Positions 62,823-64,000 of a DNA stretch of 64,000 nt are shown here, one piece after another; position 1 is the first letter of the stretch; each line of letters begins with the position of its first letter. This DNA is from Myxococcota bacterium (GTDB lineage: Bacteria; Myxococcota_A; UBA9042; PHBI01; JAWLBL01). The translations under genes and the position numbers were made by a program. The notes under the pieces are model-generated. The model worked only from the letters and a program-made list of their open reading frames with translations, made no database searches and was not told the DNA's origin. The stretch spans positions 70,761 through 134,760 of the forward strand of contig JAWLBL010000002.1 of the NCBI GenBank assembly GCA_041687695.1. The letters are read 5' to 3'.

Positions 62823-63465
62823 TTCTACCGCCCCGGGACGGCAACCCGCCCTGGGACCTCCGCCCCGGGACCGCGTCCCGCCTCTGGGATTTCCGCCCCG
62901 GAACGACGACGCGCCCCCGAGGGAGTTCCGTCCCGGGACAACGGCCTTGGGAGTCCCGTCCCGGGACGACGCCCGCTCGTCCTGTCGCCCCGGAACTCCG
63001 ACCAGCGCTCCCGCCCCAGCGCTCCCGTCCCGGGACGACGCCCGCTCGTCCTGTCGCCCCGGAACTCCGACCAGCGCTCCCGCCCCAGCGCTCCCGCCCC
63101 GGGACGACGACCCGCCCACCCACGCCCCGCACCCACGATAACCCCAGACTATCACGCCCCACCTGCCGCACCCCCTCCCACGCCAGCAGCCCAGCGACCC
63201 AGTCCGCGTCGCGGGCCGCGCCGCGGCCCGGACGCCCCCACGGGGGCTGCGCCCCCGCGCCCCGCTATGAAGGCCACCCAGCCGCAGCGAAGGCCGGGGT
63301 CAAGGGCTTTGTCGTCCGCGAGGAATTGGCCGGCCGCCAGGTCGGCCAAGGGGGACAAAGCCCTTGATGCCGGCCGTAGCGGAGGCTACCCGCGCCTCGT
63401 CCCATCTCTCGCGGTCGATAGCGCCGACGTGGCCGGCGCGCTCCACAGCGCCTTGGGCGCGAACG
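61817..63465 (-). mobile_element. Putative HNH-associated repeated element, copy 2
   Basis: Collinear inverted homology to 38263-40466 with an internal deletion. Confidence 0.6.
62826..63113 (-). repeat. Degenerate array of ~9 CGYCCCGGGRCG-type palindromes
   Basis: Same core as 38614-38984; includes a 69-bp tandem duplication (62955/63024). Confidence 0.85.
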
Positions 63466-64000
63466 ACACCCATGTCCGCCACCCGTCCCCCGCTATCCGC
63501 AGCTCCTCTCATCTCTCGCGCTCGATAGCGCCGGCGTGGCCGGCGCGCTCCACAGCGCCTTGGGCGCGAACGACACCCATGTCCGCCACCCGTCCCCCGC
63601 TACCCGCACCTCGTCCCATCTCTCGCGCTCGATAGCGCCGGCGTGGCCGGCGCGCTCCACAGCGCCTTGGGCGCGAACGACACCCATGTCCGCCACCCGT
63701 CCCCCGCTATCCGCAGCTCCTCTCATCTCTCGCGCTCGATAGCGCCGGCGTGGCCGGCGCGCTCCACAGCGCCTTGGGCGCGAACGACACCCATGTCCGC
63801 CACCCGTCCCCCGCTACCCGCACCTCGTCCCATCTCTCGCGCTCGATAGCGCCGGCGTGGCCGGCGCGCTCCACAGCGCCTTGGGCGCGAACGACACCCA
63901 TGTCCGCCACCCGTCCCCCGCTATCCGCAGCTCCTCTCATCTCTCGCGGTCGATAGCGCCGGCGTGGCCGGCGCGCTCCACAGCGCCTTCGGCGCGAACG
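63385..64000. repeat. 107-bp tandem satellite with alternating A/B variants (runs off window)
   Basis: CATCTCTCGCG at 63403, 63510, 63617, 63724, 63831, 63938. Confidence 0.97.

Noticed and set aside
63385..64000. CRISPR array, or the 68-77 aa ORFs listed in the track
   Set aside because: Whole units repeat with no spacers; the ORFs are by-products of the repeat.

Overview
Very GC-rich bacterial DNA. Myxococcota-like origin is inferred from the many Cys- and Asp-rich lipoproteins, an FHA-sigma54 activator and a zinc-ribbon/TPR giant protein. About 50 protein genes are supported. Housekeeping genes include proA, rsfS, rlmH, comF, a DinG-family helicase, selB, dacB, GuaB1-type IMPDH/GMPR and PfkB/ROK kinases. 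There is also an uncharacterised beta-barrel / lipoprotein / Tat-DUF1501-like / cytochrome c operon and an FMO-Rieske-gamma-CA cluster. No rRNA, tRNA, CRISPR-Cas, transposase or integrase was recognised. The best candidate for an undescribed system is a ~2.2 kb element present twice in opposite orientation (38263-40504 + and 61775->63465 -). It consists of a conserved ~350 nt non-coding leader with a long stem showing a compensatory base-pair change between the copies, a tandem array of the palindrome CGYCCCGGGRCG, and an HNH-nuclease gene. The same palindrome recurs inside that gene and where homology between the copies ends. The second copy is 5'-truncated exactly at a palindrome and is preceded by a 107-bp satellite built around the element's own 5' end. 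A second recurring pattern is duplication of gene 3' ends: two ~3.1 kb islets without an integrase are bracketed by such direct repeats (one carries two PD-(D/E)XK nuclease genes), and there are tandem copies at selB and next to dinG. A two-block 42-bp palindromic array lies between the TPR gene and dacB. All family calls come from motif recognition by eye; no searches were run.
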